Source: a bacterium
GTDB taxonomy: Bacteria > BMS3Abin14
NCBI GenBank assembly: GCA_029210545.1
Contig: JARGFV010000001.1
Span: forward strand, 3,500-67,499
DNA length: 64,000 bases
Direction: 5' to 3'
The notes beneath the pieces are model-generated. The model did no database searches, had not been told where the DNA came from, and saw only the letters and a list, made by a program, of their open reading frames with translations. Positions 29,161 to 39,630 of the stretch are shown one piece after another. The translations under genes and the position numbers were made by a program. Within the stretch, counting starts at the first letter, position 1; each line of letters begins with the position of its first letter.

Positions 29161-30452
29161 AGCCCCAGCTCCAGTACGGTGATCGATTCGACATGGGATG
29201 TCTGTGGGAACATATCCAGAAGTTCCATGGTCCGGATACCGTAACCCGCCGCTGTCAGGCGCGCAAGGTCGCGAGCTAGGGTCGCAGGTTCGCACGAAAC
29301 ATATACGATTAGCGGGGGGGAGATCCTTGCGAGCTTTTCTACCAGCGGAGCGGGGAGCCCCGTACGGGGAGGATCCGCCACGACCACGTCCCACCGATCG
29401 AAGGAGCCTGACAGGTACTCTGCCGCATCCGCAGTTACGAACCGGCACCCATCAGGAGCGGCATCCATGGCATCCCTGACCGCACCGGGGGAAGATTCCA
29501 CACCGAGGACCCTGAACCCCGCGGCGGCCGCCGGTATGCTCAAGTTGCCGTTGCCGCAGTAAAGATCCAGGAGGAGGCGTCCATCGCCGGGTCCGAGGTG
29601 ATGCTCGACCCTCTCCACCAGGATCTCGTTCACAGCCGGATTGACCTGGAGAAACGTCCCCGGAGAGGCCTTCACTGGTTTCCCGCGCACCTTGAAATGC
29701 AGACCGCCCCCCCTGTCCGCAACGACCTTTCCCCTGTTCGCGATACTGACCCCCTGGCCTGCGAGAGGGATACCGGCAGAAAGGAGGGCGGATTCAACGT
29801 TATCGAGGACCGCAGATCCCATCGACCGGCGGCGGCCCGGTTCGAAGACCCACATGGCGGTCATGCTTTCTGCCGCCGGGTCCGCCGCTAGCTCCAGGTC
29901 CCTCAAGCGCCCATCCACACCTCTCCCGTCCAGGGCCTCGCGAAGGACCTCAACGGTCCGGTTCAGGAGATCGGGCAGCAGCAGGCACTTCTCCCACGAG
30001 ACCACGGCCCTTGAACTTCTCCGGTAAAAACCGAACCGCTTCCCATCGTACTTGAGCCTGATCCGATGCCGGTAGCCGAACTCGGCGGGAGAGCTGTGGA
30101 CTTTAACCGGAACCACCTCCGGCAAACCGGCGATCCTCCCCACCGTCTCCGAATAAACGGTCCTCTTCCACTGAAGCTGGGCAGGGTAGGGCAGATGCAT
30201 CCACTGGCAACCGCCGCATTTCCCGAACCACGGGCACGGCGCTTCCCGTCTTTCACCTGACCGGCTGATGACAGAGCTGTCCCGGGCGAAAAGGACCCCG
30301 CGCGCCTTTCGAACCTCCTTCGGGATGACGACATCGCCTGGAGCTGTTAAAGGAACAAAAACAGGGTAGCCATCCAGGTGGCCCAGTCCATCACCACCGG
30401 ATACGAGTTTTTCTATGAGAACCTTACATTTTGAGGACACCGGCTTATTCAT
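29157..30452 (-). CDS. rlmD: 23S rRNA (uracil-5)-methyltransferase RlmD/RumA family (TRAM + class I MTase)
   Basis: N-terminal TRAM domain. Motifs LDLYCGNGNLSIP and VVADPPRTG. Start taken at internal ATG 30452 (MNKPVSS...). Confidence 0.7.
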   Translation of the reverse strand: MNKPVSSKCKVLIEKLVSGGDGLGHLDGYPVFVPLTAPGDVVIPKEVRKARGVLFARDSSVISRSGERREAPCPWFGKCGGCQWMHLPYPAQLQWKRTVYSETVGRIAGLPEVVPVKVHSSPAEFGYRHRIRLKYDGKRFGFYRRSSRAVVSWEKCLLLPDLLNRTVEVLREALDGRGVDGRLRDLELAADPAAESMTAMWVFEPGRRRSMGSAVLDNVESALLSAGIPLAGQGVSIANRGKVVADRGGGLHFKVRGKPVKASPGTFLQVNPAVNEILVERVEHHLGPGDGRLLLDLYCGNGNLSIPAAAAGFRVLGVESSPGAVRDAMDAAPDGCRFVTADAAEYLSGSFDRWDVVVADPPRTGLPAPLVEKLARISPPLIVYVSCEPATLARDLARLTAAGYGIRTMELLDMFPQTSHVESITVLELGL

Positions 30453-30556
30453 GACAGCTTTCCGACAGATACACAGTAAAAAGTTGTCTTTTATGGCACC
30501 TTGGCTTACGCTATCACGGTCGTTACTGGTGGCAAATGACGGAGATTTATTGATAA

Positions 30557-31455
30557 TGAGTGATCGACGAGACAAAGAGCTTCAGGCATTATGTGTCCTT
30601 GAGCCCGGCGAAGGAACCGAATCGATCCTTGCATACCTTCAAAGCCGAAACGTACAGTGCCGGCTGTCCGACAAGATCCCTGCTTCCGGGACCGGTAGTT
30701 GTGATCAGGAATGGGATCTCATCCTCATCGATGCCGACATTGAGCACGGGGACATCATGGGGTTCTTCGAATATTGCCGAACGATCCATAATGCCTCACC
30801 GCTGGTCGCCCTTCACCGCGGGGGGCGTGGAAGCAGGGACGCAGCCCTCATCCGCATGGGCGCCTACGACGCTTTTCCCAGGAACATTGACCGGTGGAAC
30901 ACGGAAGTCTACCTGGACCGTGCCATTTCACAGGCCCACCAGGCAAAGGCCCTCCTTTCCATGTCCCGGACCGACCACGTAACAGGCCTGTATAATCAGA
31001 GGTTCATGTACGAAAACCTGGGGCGGGAAATTCGCAGATCCTCAAGGACAGGCAAGGATCTCACGGTCGCCCTTCTGGACCTTGACAACTTCAAGGCTTA
31101 CAACGACACCTATGGTCACCTCATGGGGGATAAGGCTCTTGGCGAGATCGCGAATATTCTGTTGAACTCCATACGAAAGGGAGTTGACAGCGCATACCGT
31201 TACGGAGGTGACGAGTTCACCCTCATCCTGCCGGAGACCGACTTGCCCCAGGCGGTCAAGACCCTGGACAGGGTGCTGACAAAACTGGCCCGGCAAACCC
31301 CCGGAGAGTTGACTTTCAGTGTGGGGCTGGCCCTCATGAGTTCCTGCGAGAACGTCGAACAGGTTCTCCGCACCGCCGACGAGGCGATGTACGAGGCCAA
31401 GGAAGCCGGGGGCAACGGGGTCGTGACGAAGGTATGTGGGGAAAAGCAGAACTAA
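30557..31455 (+). CDS. Diguanylate cyclase (GGDEF) with an N-terminal receiver-like domain
   Basis: RYGGDEF active site, GLYNQRF, and the inhibitory-site-like region. Start is uncertain; ATG 30557 was chosen and the ORF is open from 30415. Confidence 0.7.
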
Positions 31456-31556
31456 GTACTATGTACTTGGTGCTGGGTGCTGGGTGCCAAGAAATATCCA
31501 TGCACCAGAATTCAGGAAATCCCTTAGCTCTAAGTACTTAGTACCTCGTACTGCCC

Positions 31557-31841
31557 TTAATTCATACTCCCCGAAAACTCTACCTCTGCCCTGGCGACCT
31601 CTATCTGACCGTAGATCTTTTCGAACCTCGCCACATTTTCGGCAAGAGCGGTGGCAAGCTGCTTTGCGTGAGCCGGAGAGGTGACGATCCTGGAGACCAC
31701 CTTCCGCCGATCTCCGGGCAGGAGCATGATAAAATCGACGATGAATTCAGTCGTCGAGTGCATGATGGTGGCGGCGTTCGCATAGCGGCCGGTTTCTTCG
31801 GCCGGGTCAATGTGGATGATGGCTTTGCGATCTTCGGGCAT
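31557..31841 (-). CDS. DUF3467 family protein
   Basis: YANAATIMHSTTEFIVDFIMLLPG matches the DUF3467 core (Y.N...I.HSP.EFV.DF). Confidence 0.55.
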   Translation of the reverse strand: MPEDRKAIIHIDPAEETGRYANAATIMHSTTEFIVDFIMLLPGDRRKVVSRIVTSPAHAKQLATALAENVARFEKIYGQIEVARAEVEFSGSMN

Positions 31842-31862
31842 AGGGAATACCTCCAGGGGGAA

Positions 31863-31896
31863 GTTTACAGTTTACAGTTTACAGTTCATGGTTCAG
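31863..31896. promoter_or_regulatory. Tandem heptamer array (GTTTACA x3-4) upstream of the DUF3467 gene
   Basis: gtttacagtttacagtttacagttcatggttca lies between the gene start at 31841 and the neighbouring stop at 31947. A related array is found at 40225-40315. Confidence 0.4.
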
Positions 31897-31946
31897 GAAG
31901 TCATGTACCCCCTGCAAAGCCGGGGGATTTCCCTAAGTATTAATTA

Positions 31947-32438
31947 CTATCCGCTCCTGAAGAACGTGTTGGCGAGAATCCCGGCTAACGGCGCCATGAA
32001 CCAGGTGCAGGCGATGCGGACGGCCGTGAAGCGCCAACCGAGGATCCCGACCTCCATGGGAAGGCGGGCGACAGAAAGGAGGGACCAGGCCGTGATGTAG
32101 GCCACCATGGTGCCCACTCCTGCCCCGGCCCGGAAAAAACCGGCCACCATGGGAAGGGACACGAAGGGTCCTCCCGGAGTCAGGCTTCCCGCAGCCGTGC
32201 CGATAACGATCCCCCTCCATCCGGATTCCGCTCCCACCCAGGAAGCCACAACCTCCCGGGGCAACAGAACCTGCACCATTCCGGCCACAATGAACGCGAG
32301 GATGAGAAGAGGCAGGATCTGGACAAGGATGGTAAACCCCGCCTTGAGGCCCGCGATGTGCTGGCCCTCACCGCGATAATAACCGATAGCCAGCAGGATT
32401 GCCGCCAGGACGGCGAATATAACGGTCGCTGCAAGCAT
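31947..32438 (-). CDS. Small predicted permease (DUF318/ArsP-like half-size membrane protein)
   Basis: About five TM helices. Start taken at MLAATVIF (32438). Confidence 0.45.
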   Translation of the reverse strand: MLAATVIFAVLAAILLAIGYYRGEGQHIAGLKAGFTILVQILPLLILAFIVAGMVQVLLPREVVASWVGAESGWRGIVIGTAAGSLTPGGPFVSLPMVAGFFRAGAGVGTMVAYITAWSLLSVARLPMEVGILGWRFTAVRIACTWFMAPLAGILANTFFRSG

Positions 32439-32605
32439 GCCTTTGTCCCTTTTCCTCAATCTTTCCTTCCTCCCTGGAAGGAGATTGAGGGAATATGGAA
32501 TGTGGAAGGTAGAAGGTAGAAGGTGGAAGAAGAGAAAAAGAACGACACCCATGCTTTTCTTCCCTATTCCCTATTCCTCATTCCCTGTTCCGATTTCTCC
32601 CTTCC

Positions 32606-35404
32606 CTATTCCCTATTCCCCCTTCCCCATTCTTTTTTTAACCCCACGGTCTTGTACATGAAATTCCTGAACCTGGTCATCGCCTCCCCCTCCTCGCGGC
32701 TGTCTGCAGGCAGGGCGCCGAGATGGCGGGCGGCCCCTCTCACCCCTCCCCCCTCGGCAAGGGCCAGCCTGTAAATTTCCAGGACAGTCCCGCGAGTCAG
32801 GTCCCGGGACATGAATGGGATGTGGACGAGCTCCCAGAAATCGCCCGCTCCCTTGCGGATCTGCCCGTAGATCGCCGCGGCGTCTCCCTGGACATTCTTG
32901 CCGTCAAGGGTGGAGAGGGAAAGAAACCTCTGGATCTCGTCCACCCCCACGATCCCGTCATCGCTTTCGAAGAGAGCTCCCTGCAGGATGGTCACAAGCT
33001 GGCGGATATTTCCGGGGAAGTCGAGATGGGAGATAAACTCCTCGGCCTCCGGCGTGATGACGGGCGGCGCGCCCCCGGCTGAATAACTCGCATGGAGACG
33101 ACCCAGGAAGTGTTTGGCCAGATCGGGGATGTCCTCCCGCCTGTCCCTGAGGGAGGGAACCCGGAGGGTCATCTCGCTGAGCCGATGGTAAAGATCCTCC
33201 CGGAAGGCACCCCTTGCGATCTCCCTTGCCAGGTCCCGGTTGGTGGCGGCGACAAAAACGACCCTGCTGAGCCGGACCTTGGTTCCTCCCAGCCGTGAAA
33301 ACTCTCCCGAATCCAGGAAGCGCAGCAGCTGGACCTGGGTCTTGAGATCAGCGTCGCCGATCTCATCGAGGAAGACCACCCCTCCGTCCGCCTCCTCGAG
33401 GATTCCCGTCCGGTCGACATGGGCACCTGTATAGGCCCCCTTCTGGTGCCCGAACAGTTCAGTAAAGGTGAGATCTCCACTGAAAGCGGCGATATTGGTT
33501 TTGCGCAGGGGCAGTTCCAAAGCACCCCCGCCCAACTTTCTGAACTTTTCGTTGACCAGGCTGTACAGGTTGTTGAACACGAACTCCTTGCCGGCCCCCG
33601 TCTCCCCCGTTATGAGAAGGGTCGGCAGCCCCAGCTCCAGTTCCTTCTCTTTACCGCGGCTCCAGTTAAGGAGCCTGTTGGTCAAAGGTTCGGCCAGCCT
33701 GCTGATCCGCTTGACCAGGAGCTGCGAGTGGGCGCTCTTGCCGATGATATTCCCGAGCAGGTAGGAACTGACACCGGGGTCCTTGTAGGAGACCTCCTTG
33801 CGCAGCCTCGCCACCTTTCCCTCGAGTTCACTGATCTTCAGATGGTCGGCGATGCGGTTGGCGATGAGGCGGGATATGAGAAGGAGGATGCGCTGGTGTT
33901 CGACAGTGAAATAGGCCCGACGGTGGCTGTCCAGGTTGACCACTCCGAGGACCGATTCACCTAACCTGATGGGGACCGCGAGTTCCGAAGCCACGTCAGC
34001 GGCAAGGTTCCGGTAGAACCCTCCCCTGGCCGTTTCGGCATCCGTATCCGGACAAAGGTACGGTTTTCCCGTGAAAGCCACATACCCCGTCAGAGAGCGT
34101 TCCTCGGCAGGGAGTTCCTCACCACCCACCCTCAGATCGGGGATCTTCGCCTTTCTCCAGTCACGGGATTTGCCCCCCACCAGCCGCCCTTCGGCGTCAT
34201 CGACGACAAGCCACTTCTCCTGGTTCCGTTCGGTCACCAAAGCGATGGAGCCCGATTCGGCGCCTACCAACTCCACAGCGCGGGAGGCGACCTTGCCCAG
34301 GAAGACCGGCATGGGAGCGTCCTCGGCGAGAAGCTCCTCGATCTCCGAAAGGACACGTATTTCGAGGTGTCCCACCGCGAAGTCAGTGATACCTGCCGCC
34401 AGGGAACTCGAATGGCTCATGAGGAGTTTGAGTTCCGGCTCGGTGAACCTGTGGGGGCGCTTCGTAAAATAGTTGATGACGCAAGTCACCTCGCCCCCCT
34501 CCCCGGAGACGGGGATCATGAGGAGGGTGCGCAGGGAAAGCCTCTTGAACACCTCCCACCGCTCGAACTCCTCTGCCAGGATATCCTCGAAAAAAAGGAC
34601 CTGGGGGGCACCCGGGCGCCGGAGGACGCGGTCGCCATCGGGCATGACCAGGCGGGAAAGGAGGCTTTTGCCCTCGAGGAGGCTGATTCTCTCGAGGGTC
34701 TCGTAGATCTGGAGATCCGACGGGTCCCGGGAGGCGGCAGCCAGGATCTCCATGTACCCCCCTCTCTCCCGCTTGAGGACTTCGGGCACCGGAGACTGCG
34801 CCGATATCAGGACCGATGTCATATCGATGGCAAGGTCGATCTCGAAGGCACCTTTGAGAAGTATCCTGGCGGCATCCCTTTTCCTGGACCGGTCCAGCTG
34901 CCGGCTGAGCATGATCCGCCTGTTGAACCGGTGGGCCCTGGCGAGAATGGGCATGATCCTATTGAGGAGCTGCCGCAGTTCCTGCTTCATGTCCGACAAG
35001 AGGGCATGACTCTCGGCGGCGTCCACGGTCAGGGCACCGATGCAGTTGCCTGCATCCACGAGGGGGAAAACCGTCGCCACAGACAGGCCGCGCCGTTCGT
35101 ACCACTCCCGGTGGAGTTCGTCACTGCCCTCCCCGAGGGGGGCATCCGTCACGATCTTCGATTCCAGGAACGACCGGACGAGGGGGTTCTCCCGTCTCTG
35201 GATAGGGATACGGGCTCCCTTCCTCTCCAGTTCTCCCTCCGGCGTGTAAAGGCACAGGAGAGCGCCCTCCCGCATATCCTCCAGGTAGACACGGATCGAG
35301 GGTACCCCGGTTCTCAGGGTCACCTCCTTGACCAGGTAGTGAAGGATGTCGAGAAGGTTCTCCTTGTCGAAGGAAAGGATCTGGTCAACGAAGGACATCA
35401 GCAT
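32606..35404 (-). CDS. Sigma-54-dependent transcriptional activator with multiple N-terminal GAF domains
   Basis: AAA+ sigma54-interaction domain with Walker A GETGAGKE and a GAYTGA variant of the GAFTGA loop. Start at MLMSF (35404) after GGGGGAG. Confidence 0.8.
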   Translation of the reverse strand: MLMSFVDQILSFDKENLLDILHYLVKEVTLRTGVPSIRVYLEDMREGALLCLYTPEGELERKGARIPIQRRENPLVRSFLESKIVTDAPLGEGSDELHREWYERRGLSVATVFPLVDAGNCIGALTVDAAESHALLSDMKQELRQLLNRIMPILARAHRFNRRIMLSRQLDRSRKRDAARILLKGAFEIDLAIDMTSVLISAQSPVPEVLKRERGGYMEILAAASRDPSDLQIYETLERISLLEGKSLLSRLVMPDGDRVLRRPGAPQVLFFEDILAEEFERWEVFKRLSLRTLLMIPVSGEGGEVTCVINYFTKRPHRFTEPELKLLMSHSSSLAAGITDFAVGHLEIRVLSEIEELLAEDAPMPVFLGKVASRAVELVGAESGSIALVTERNQEKWLVVDDAEGRLVGGKSRDWRKAKIPDLRVGGEELPAEERSLTGYVAFTGKPYLCPDTDAETARGGFYRNLAADVASELAVPIRLGESVLGVVNLDSHRRAYFTVEHQRILLLISRLIANRIADHLKISELEGKVARLRKEVSYKDPGVSSYLLGNIIGKSAHSQLLVKRISRLAEPLTNRLLNWSRGKEKELELGLPTLLITGETGAGKEFVFNNLYSLVNEKFRKLGGGALELPLRKTNIAAFSGDLTFTELFGHQKGAYTGAHVDRTGILEEADGGVVFLDEIGDADLKTQVQLLRFLDSGEFSRLGGTKVRLSRVVFVAATNRDLAREIARGAFREDLYHRLSEMTLRVPSLRDRREDIPDLAKHFLGRLHASYSAGGAPPVITPEAEEFISHLDFPGNIRQLVTILQGALFESDDGIVGVDEIQRFLSLSTLDGKNVQGDAAAIYGQIRKGAGDFWELVHIPFMSRDLTRGTVLEIYRLALAEGGGVRGAARHLGALPADSREEGEAMTRFRNFMYKTVGLKKEWGRGNRE

Positions 35405-36719
35405 CTCCCCCGTTTTCAGCGACCTGCCCGGCAAGACCACCCGGAAGCTGCTGATCAAGTTCCCGGACAACGGCCTTGAACTGTTCAAGATCCGCCCCTG
35501 GCACACTTGTGGCTCTCGGTACGCTGATCCTCCGGGGGTCCACATATTTGTTGTTCCGGTACATGGCGAAGTGAAGGTGAGGGCCGGTTGCGCGCCCGGA
35601 GCTCCCGACGTACCCGATGACCTGCCCCTGCCGCACCTGGGTGCCCACTTTCATACCTGACGCGAAGCTGTTCATATGGGCATAGGCTGAGGAGTACACC
35701 GAGTTGTGCCGGATCTTGATGATCCGGCCGTTGGCTTCATCCCGCTTTATCATGACCACCTTCCCGTCACCGATAGACATGATCGGTGTCCCGGTGGGTG
35801 CCGCGTAATCCACACCCAGGTGGGGCACTACCTTGCCGGTCACAGGATGAAGCCGACGGGCGGAGAACCCGGAACTGATCCTTTGGAACCGGAGGGGTAC
35901 CTTGAGGAACTGTTTTCTGAGGCTGCCCCCTTCCTCATCGAAATAATCTTCCAGCCCGCTCCCCGGACTGTAAAGGAACGCCCTGTGAGTGGTTTTGTTG
36001 TTGACGAACCTGGCGGCCTCGATCCTTCCGTACCTGACGAATTCACCGTCCCGGTAGTATTTGTCGACCACAACCGCAAAGGAATCTCCGTTCCTCAAGT
36101 CCCTGAAAAAATCCACCTGCCACGCGAATATATCTGCGAGGTCCATAGCCAGGGCCGGCTTCTCACCGATGGATTCCACCGCGGCGAACAGGGAATCCTC
36201 GATAACCCCGGAGATGGGCTCCCGGACGATTTCATACGGTATGGGTTCGATCGAGATCACCGGGTCTCCCTCACCGAACGCCACCCTTATGAACCTCATG
36301 TCATCCGGTTCGTACTGATATTCGACAAGCTGCTCCTCTTCGTAATGGAGCCGGTAGGTTCGACCGGCCACGAGACTCGACGGCCTGATGCCATCGACCC
36401 TGGTCCCGGCGATCTGGAGGATCTCAGGATCCGGAACACCGTCGGCCTTGAGGATGTCGTAAAGAGTGTCTCCTCTGCGGACCACCTTGTTCGTCACCGA
36501 TATGACGGGTTCCGGTTCGGCGGCGGAGGGAGCCTCCCCGGCTACAACGTCGGTGATAAGGGGGCCGGAAGGCTGCATGATACGGGCCTGGGGAGAAAAG
36601 GCCGGCCTGCTCACACACAGAACGCCAAGACCGAGAACAGCCAGCACGAGATAACGGGAACGGACCCGGGGCCGGTCCCTCAGGTGGGTATTGCGTTTGG
36701 GCAGCGGGTTATGGATCAC
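35385..36719 (-). CDS. M23 family metallopeptidase with an OapA/LysM-like N-terminal domain
   Basis: HLGVDYAAPTGTPI ... GSSGRATGPHLHF (HxxxD ... HxH). Confidence 0.8.
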   Translation of the reverse strand: MIHNPLPKRNTHLRDRPRVRSRYLVLAVLGLGVLCVSRPAFSPQARIMQPSGPLITDVVAGEAPSAAEPEPVISVTNKVVRRGDTLYDILKADGVPDPEILQIAGTRVDGIRPSSLVAGRTYRLHYEEEQLVEYQYEPDDMRFIRVAFGEGDPVISIEPIPYEIVREPISGVIEDSLFAAVESIGEKPALAMDLADIFAWQVDFFRDLRNGDSFAVVVDKYYRDGEFVRYGRIEAARFVNNKTTHRAFLYSPGSGLEDYFDEEGGSLRKQFLKVPLRFQRISSGFSARRLHPVTGKVVPHLGVDYAAPTGTPIMSIGDGKVVMIKRDEANGRIIKIRHNSVYSSAYAHMNSFASGMKVGTQVRQGQVIGYVGSSGRATGPHLHFAMYRNNKYVDPRRISVPRATSVPGADLEQFKAVVRELDQQLPGGLAGQVAENGGDADVLR

Positions 36720-37048
36720 TATTCCCAGACCTTTTCGGCCACGAACAGGGCGACGATGGTTTCCCGGTCCCCGTCGTCTTTATCCTGGAGGTACCCGTAG
36801 AAAACCTCTTCCAGCTCCCTTAACGCCATATCGTGGACCTTCACGATGGGATAAAAACCGGGCGTGGCCTCGGGGAGGGTCACGGAGAGCATGTTCCGGA
36901 CTGCCAGGCCGCGGATGGCCCCGATGGCGTAGTCCCGGCCGTACCCCGCCAGTATCTCTCGTACCGACCGCAGGAGTTCATCGCGCCCTCCCTTAATTTG
37001 CGCCACCGTCTTCCCCTTTGATCCTTTCCAGGCTCTCAAGGCGCGCAT
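36719..37048 (-). CDS. Hypothetical protein
   Basis: ORF in operon context. Its stop overlaps the M23 peptidase start. Confidence 0.3.
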   Translation of the reverse strand: MRALRAWKGSKGKTVAQIKGGRDELLRSVREILAGYGRDYAIGAIRGLAVRNMLSVTLPEATPGFYPIVKVHDMALRELEEVFYGYLQDKDDGDRETIVALFVAEKVWE

Positions 37049-38018
37049 CCACTTCCTTCAGGTAGGTTCCCAGCTTTTTGTTTCCAGGATCAAGGTCATA
37101 GGCTGCCTCCCACACATCCCTTGCCTTGACGAGTTTGCCGGCTGAAAAAAGCTTCACGCCCAGGAGCCTTGCAAACTCCACTACTTCGGGAGTGGTACCG
37201 TCATCCGGCCTTGAAAGGACGAGAACGTAACGGACATGACCGGCGGCCACATCGATGTCGCCCTTCTGCTCGGCCTCACGGGCAACCAAGAACCTCTGGG
37301 CGACGAGATCGAGCCTTCGCCGGCCAACCTGCTCGAGCATCTCCTCCCCCCGGGTCCCGAGGCTTGTAGAGGCGCCGCTCTCGGTAAGGAGCTTTTCGGC
37401 ATCATCGAACCGGCCGGCCTTCATATGCTCCTCGGCCTGGGCCAGGACCTTCCTGACGTCGAGCTCCTGGCGGGCTTCCCCCATGGCAACCTGGAGCCTG
37501 TCGGCCTCGGCTTGAAGCGCCTTGTCATCAGGCGCCAGCGCCTGTGCCTCACCGATCCGTTTCAGGGCGCCGTCAAGGTCCCCAAGCGATTCCAGGTACT
37601 GGGCTTCACCCTTCAGGCCGTTGATCCCTGCCTCAATGACATTGTCCAGGTTTTTCATGAGGTTCTGGACCCAGTAATATCTGGGGTAGATCTGGAGGGC
37701 CTTTTCCAGGTTGGCCCGGGCCGAGAGGAGGTTCCCCTCTTTCCTTCTCTTGAAAGCTTTCCGGACAAAGTTGTCGGCACGATCCACCTTGGAGCGGGAG
37801 TAAGAGACCCTCTGGGCAATATTCTCCTGGCATGTCCGGTCAGACCGCACCAGTTCGTCGTAGGCATCGGCGGCAGGCTTGTGCTCACCAGTGCGGGAGA
37901 GGGTCAAGATGCGGCTGCACTCTGACCGGCGTCCCGCACCGGCGCCAACGAGGGCGCAACCCGTTGCCGAGAGAAGGAAGACGGCCGCCACCGCCGCGAT
38001 CAGCAGCTTCTGGCTCAT
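36993..38018 (-). CDS. TPR-repeat lipoprotein
   Basis: Start MSQKLLIAAVAAVFLLSATGC with a lipobox, after GGGAGG. TPR-like helical repeats. Confidence 0.55.
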   Translation of the reverse strand: MSQKLLIAAVAAVFLLSATGCALVGAGAGRRSECSRILTLSRTGEHKPAADAYDELVRSDRTCQENIAQRVSYSRSKVDRADNFVRKAFKRRKEGNLLSARANLEKALQIYPRYYWVQNLMKNLDNVIEAGINGLKGEAQYLESLGDLDGALKRIGEAQALAPDDKALQAEADRLQVAMGEARQELDVRKVLAQAEEHMKAGRFDDAEKLLTESGASTSLGTRGEEMLEQVGRRRLDLVAQRFLVAREAEQKGDIDVAAGHVRYVLVLSRPDDGTTPEVVEFARLLGVKLFSAGKLVKARDVWEAAYDLDPGNKKLGTYLKEVDARLESLERIKGEDGGAN

Positions 38019-39379
38019 CCCACCTCCCGGCATATGTCCTCAACGATCCCCTCGCCGTCGAGCTGACTGAAAAGCTCCACAAGATGGGGGTCGAACTGTT
38101 TTCCCTTTCCCTCATCGATCCGGAACAACGCTTGGGCCTTGGTAAGAGCCTTCCGGTACGGCCTTGTCGTAGTCATGGCATCGAAGGCGTCGACCAGGAG
38201 GATGATGCGGGCAGGCAGGGGGATCTCATCTGCCTTTAAACCGTCAGGATAACCGGACCCGTCGAAATGTTCGTGGTGGTGCCGGACATACAGTCCGACC
38301 TTGTGCAGGGATGACAGGGGGTTGAGGATCCTGGCTCCGATCTCGGGATGGCCCTTCATCTGGAGGGTCTCTCCAGCGGTGAGGGGGCCGACCTTTCCCA
38401 CGACACCCGCCTCGACCCCTATCTTGCCGACGTCGTGGAGGATGGCCGCCAGCTCCAGTTCCCCGAGCTGGACCTCGTCCATATCCAGGCGCTCACCCAT
38501 GGCGACAGAGATCCGCCCCACCCTGTCACAATGACCTCTTGTATAAGCATCCTTGGCTTCCACAGCAGCGGCCAGAGCGCTTATGGTCTCCTTGAAATTG
38601 CGCTCGATCTGGCGTCTTGCGGTATGCAGCTGGCCGACCATCTCGTTAAAGTGCCTCGAAAGACGGCCGACCTCATCATGGCTGATGTCCTGCACCCGGA
38701 CGGTCAGATCCCCCGATCCAAGTGCCCTCACTGCTTCCTCCAGCCTCTCCACTCTTTTGACGTGAACCCCTGTAAGGAAAAAGGTCCCCACAACACCAAA
38801 CGCGGTCCCCAGGCTCAGCGGGAAAAGCAGCCCGATGGCGGTGCTCCTCATCGCTTGCCGGATGTGGCCGGCGCCCAGGGCGACCACCGCTGTTCCCACC
38901 CGCACATCTTCGACCATAATGGGCATCGATGACTGGATGATATCCGTCCCGGGGTGGGAGACCCCTTGATCCAGCACCTCTCCCGTCCGTGCGGGGTTGG
39001 AATGGTAAAGGATCTTGCCCTGATGATCGGTGAGGTAGGCGTAGGAGACATCCCTGTCGAGGGTGACTGACTCAACGATGGGCCCGAACCTCAGATCGTC
39101 CTGCGCGAGAAGAGGATCGCGCGCGTTGACTGCCAGGTTTGCGGCAAGGGAGCGGGCTCTCTTGTCCCCTTCGCGGGCCAGGAAAACCCACTGGTAACGG
39201 AGGAGAGCCAGGAAAACGAGACCGGTTACAAGGAAAAGCAGAACGGAAAAAGATAGTGCCACCTTCCATCTCAAGGAGAAAACGAGGCCCCTGGAAATCT
39301 GGCCGGGGGGACTGAACTGATCTGCCGAACCGGGCGGCATGAAACCTGTCCTGTCCATGAGGTTCTTTTTCTCGACCAA
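38015..39379 (-). CDS. HD-GYP c-di-GMP phosphodiesterase with a periplasmic sensor and HAMP domain
   Basis: HD...HDVGK...HHEHFDGSGYP motifs. Two TM helices flank a periplasmic domain. Confidence 0.8.
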   Translation of the reverse strand: MVEKKNLMDRTGFMPPGSADQFSPPGQISRGLVFSLRWKVALSFSVLLFLVTGLVFLALLRYQWVFLAREGDKRARSLAANLAVNARDPLLAQDDLRFGPIVESVTLDRDVSYAYLTDHQGKILYHSNPARTGEVLDQGVSHPGTDIIQSSMPIMVEDVRVGTAVVALGAGHIRQAMRSTAIGLLFPLSLGTAFGVVGTFFLTGVHVKRVERLEEAVRALGSGDLTVRVQDISHDEVGRLSRHFNEMVGQLHTARRQIERNFKETISALAAAVEAKDAYTRGHCDRVGRISVAMGERLDMDEVQLGELELAAILHDVGKIGVEAGVVGKVGPLTAGETLQMKGHPEIGARILNPLSSLHKVGLYVRHHHEHFDGSGYPDGLKADEIPLPARIILLVDAFDAMTTTRPYRKALTKAQALFRIDEGKGKQFDPHLVELFSQLDGEGIVEDICREVG

Positions 39380-39630
39380 CCCACCCTCCTCGATCTGTTC
39401 TTATCCCCTCGAAAAACGTTTCTTCGAACCATTTTACGAGACGGGGCTAATGTAGCCGTTCTTCTCCTCACTGTCCCTCTCCACGGCGTGGGAGAGGGTC
39501 GGAGTAATCACGCCATCGGCGTGACTACCTCTGGTCCTTCCCCATCAAGGGGGAGGAAAAACAGGGAAGATTGACTATTCTGACCCCCACCCAAGGATGC
39601 ACGCTTTGCGCATAACCCGATTGATGAACT

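Noticed and set aside
32440-32640. CCCTATT-type short tandem repeats (ttccctattccctattcc) as a possible phase-variation tract
   Set aside because: Only two to three imperfect units, overlapping the 3' end of the sigma54 activator ORF. More likely low-complexity CT-rich DNA, like the tracts at 14800-14880 and 16017-16055.
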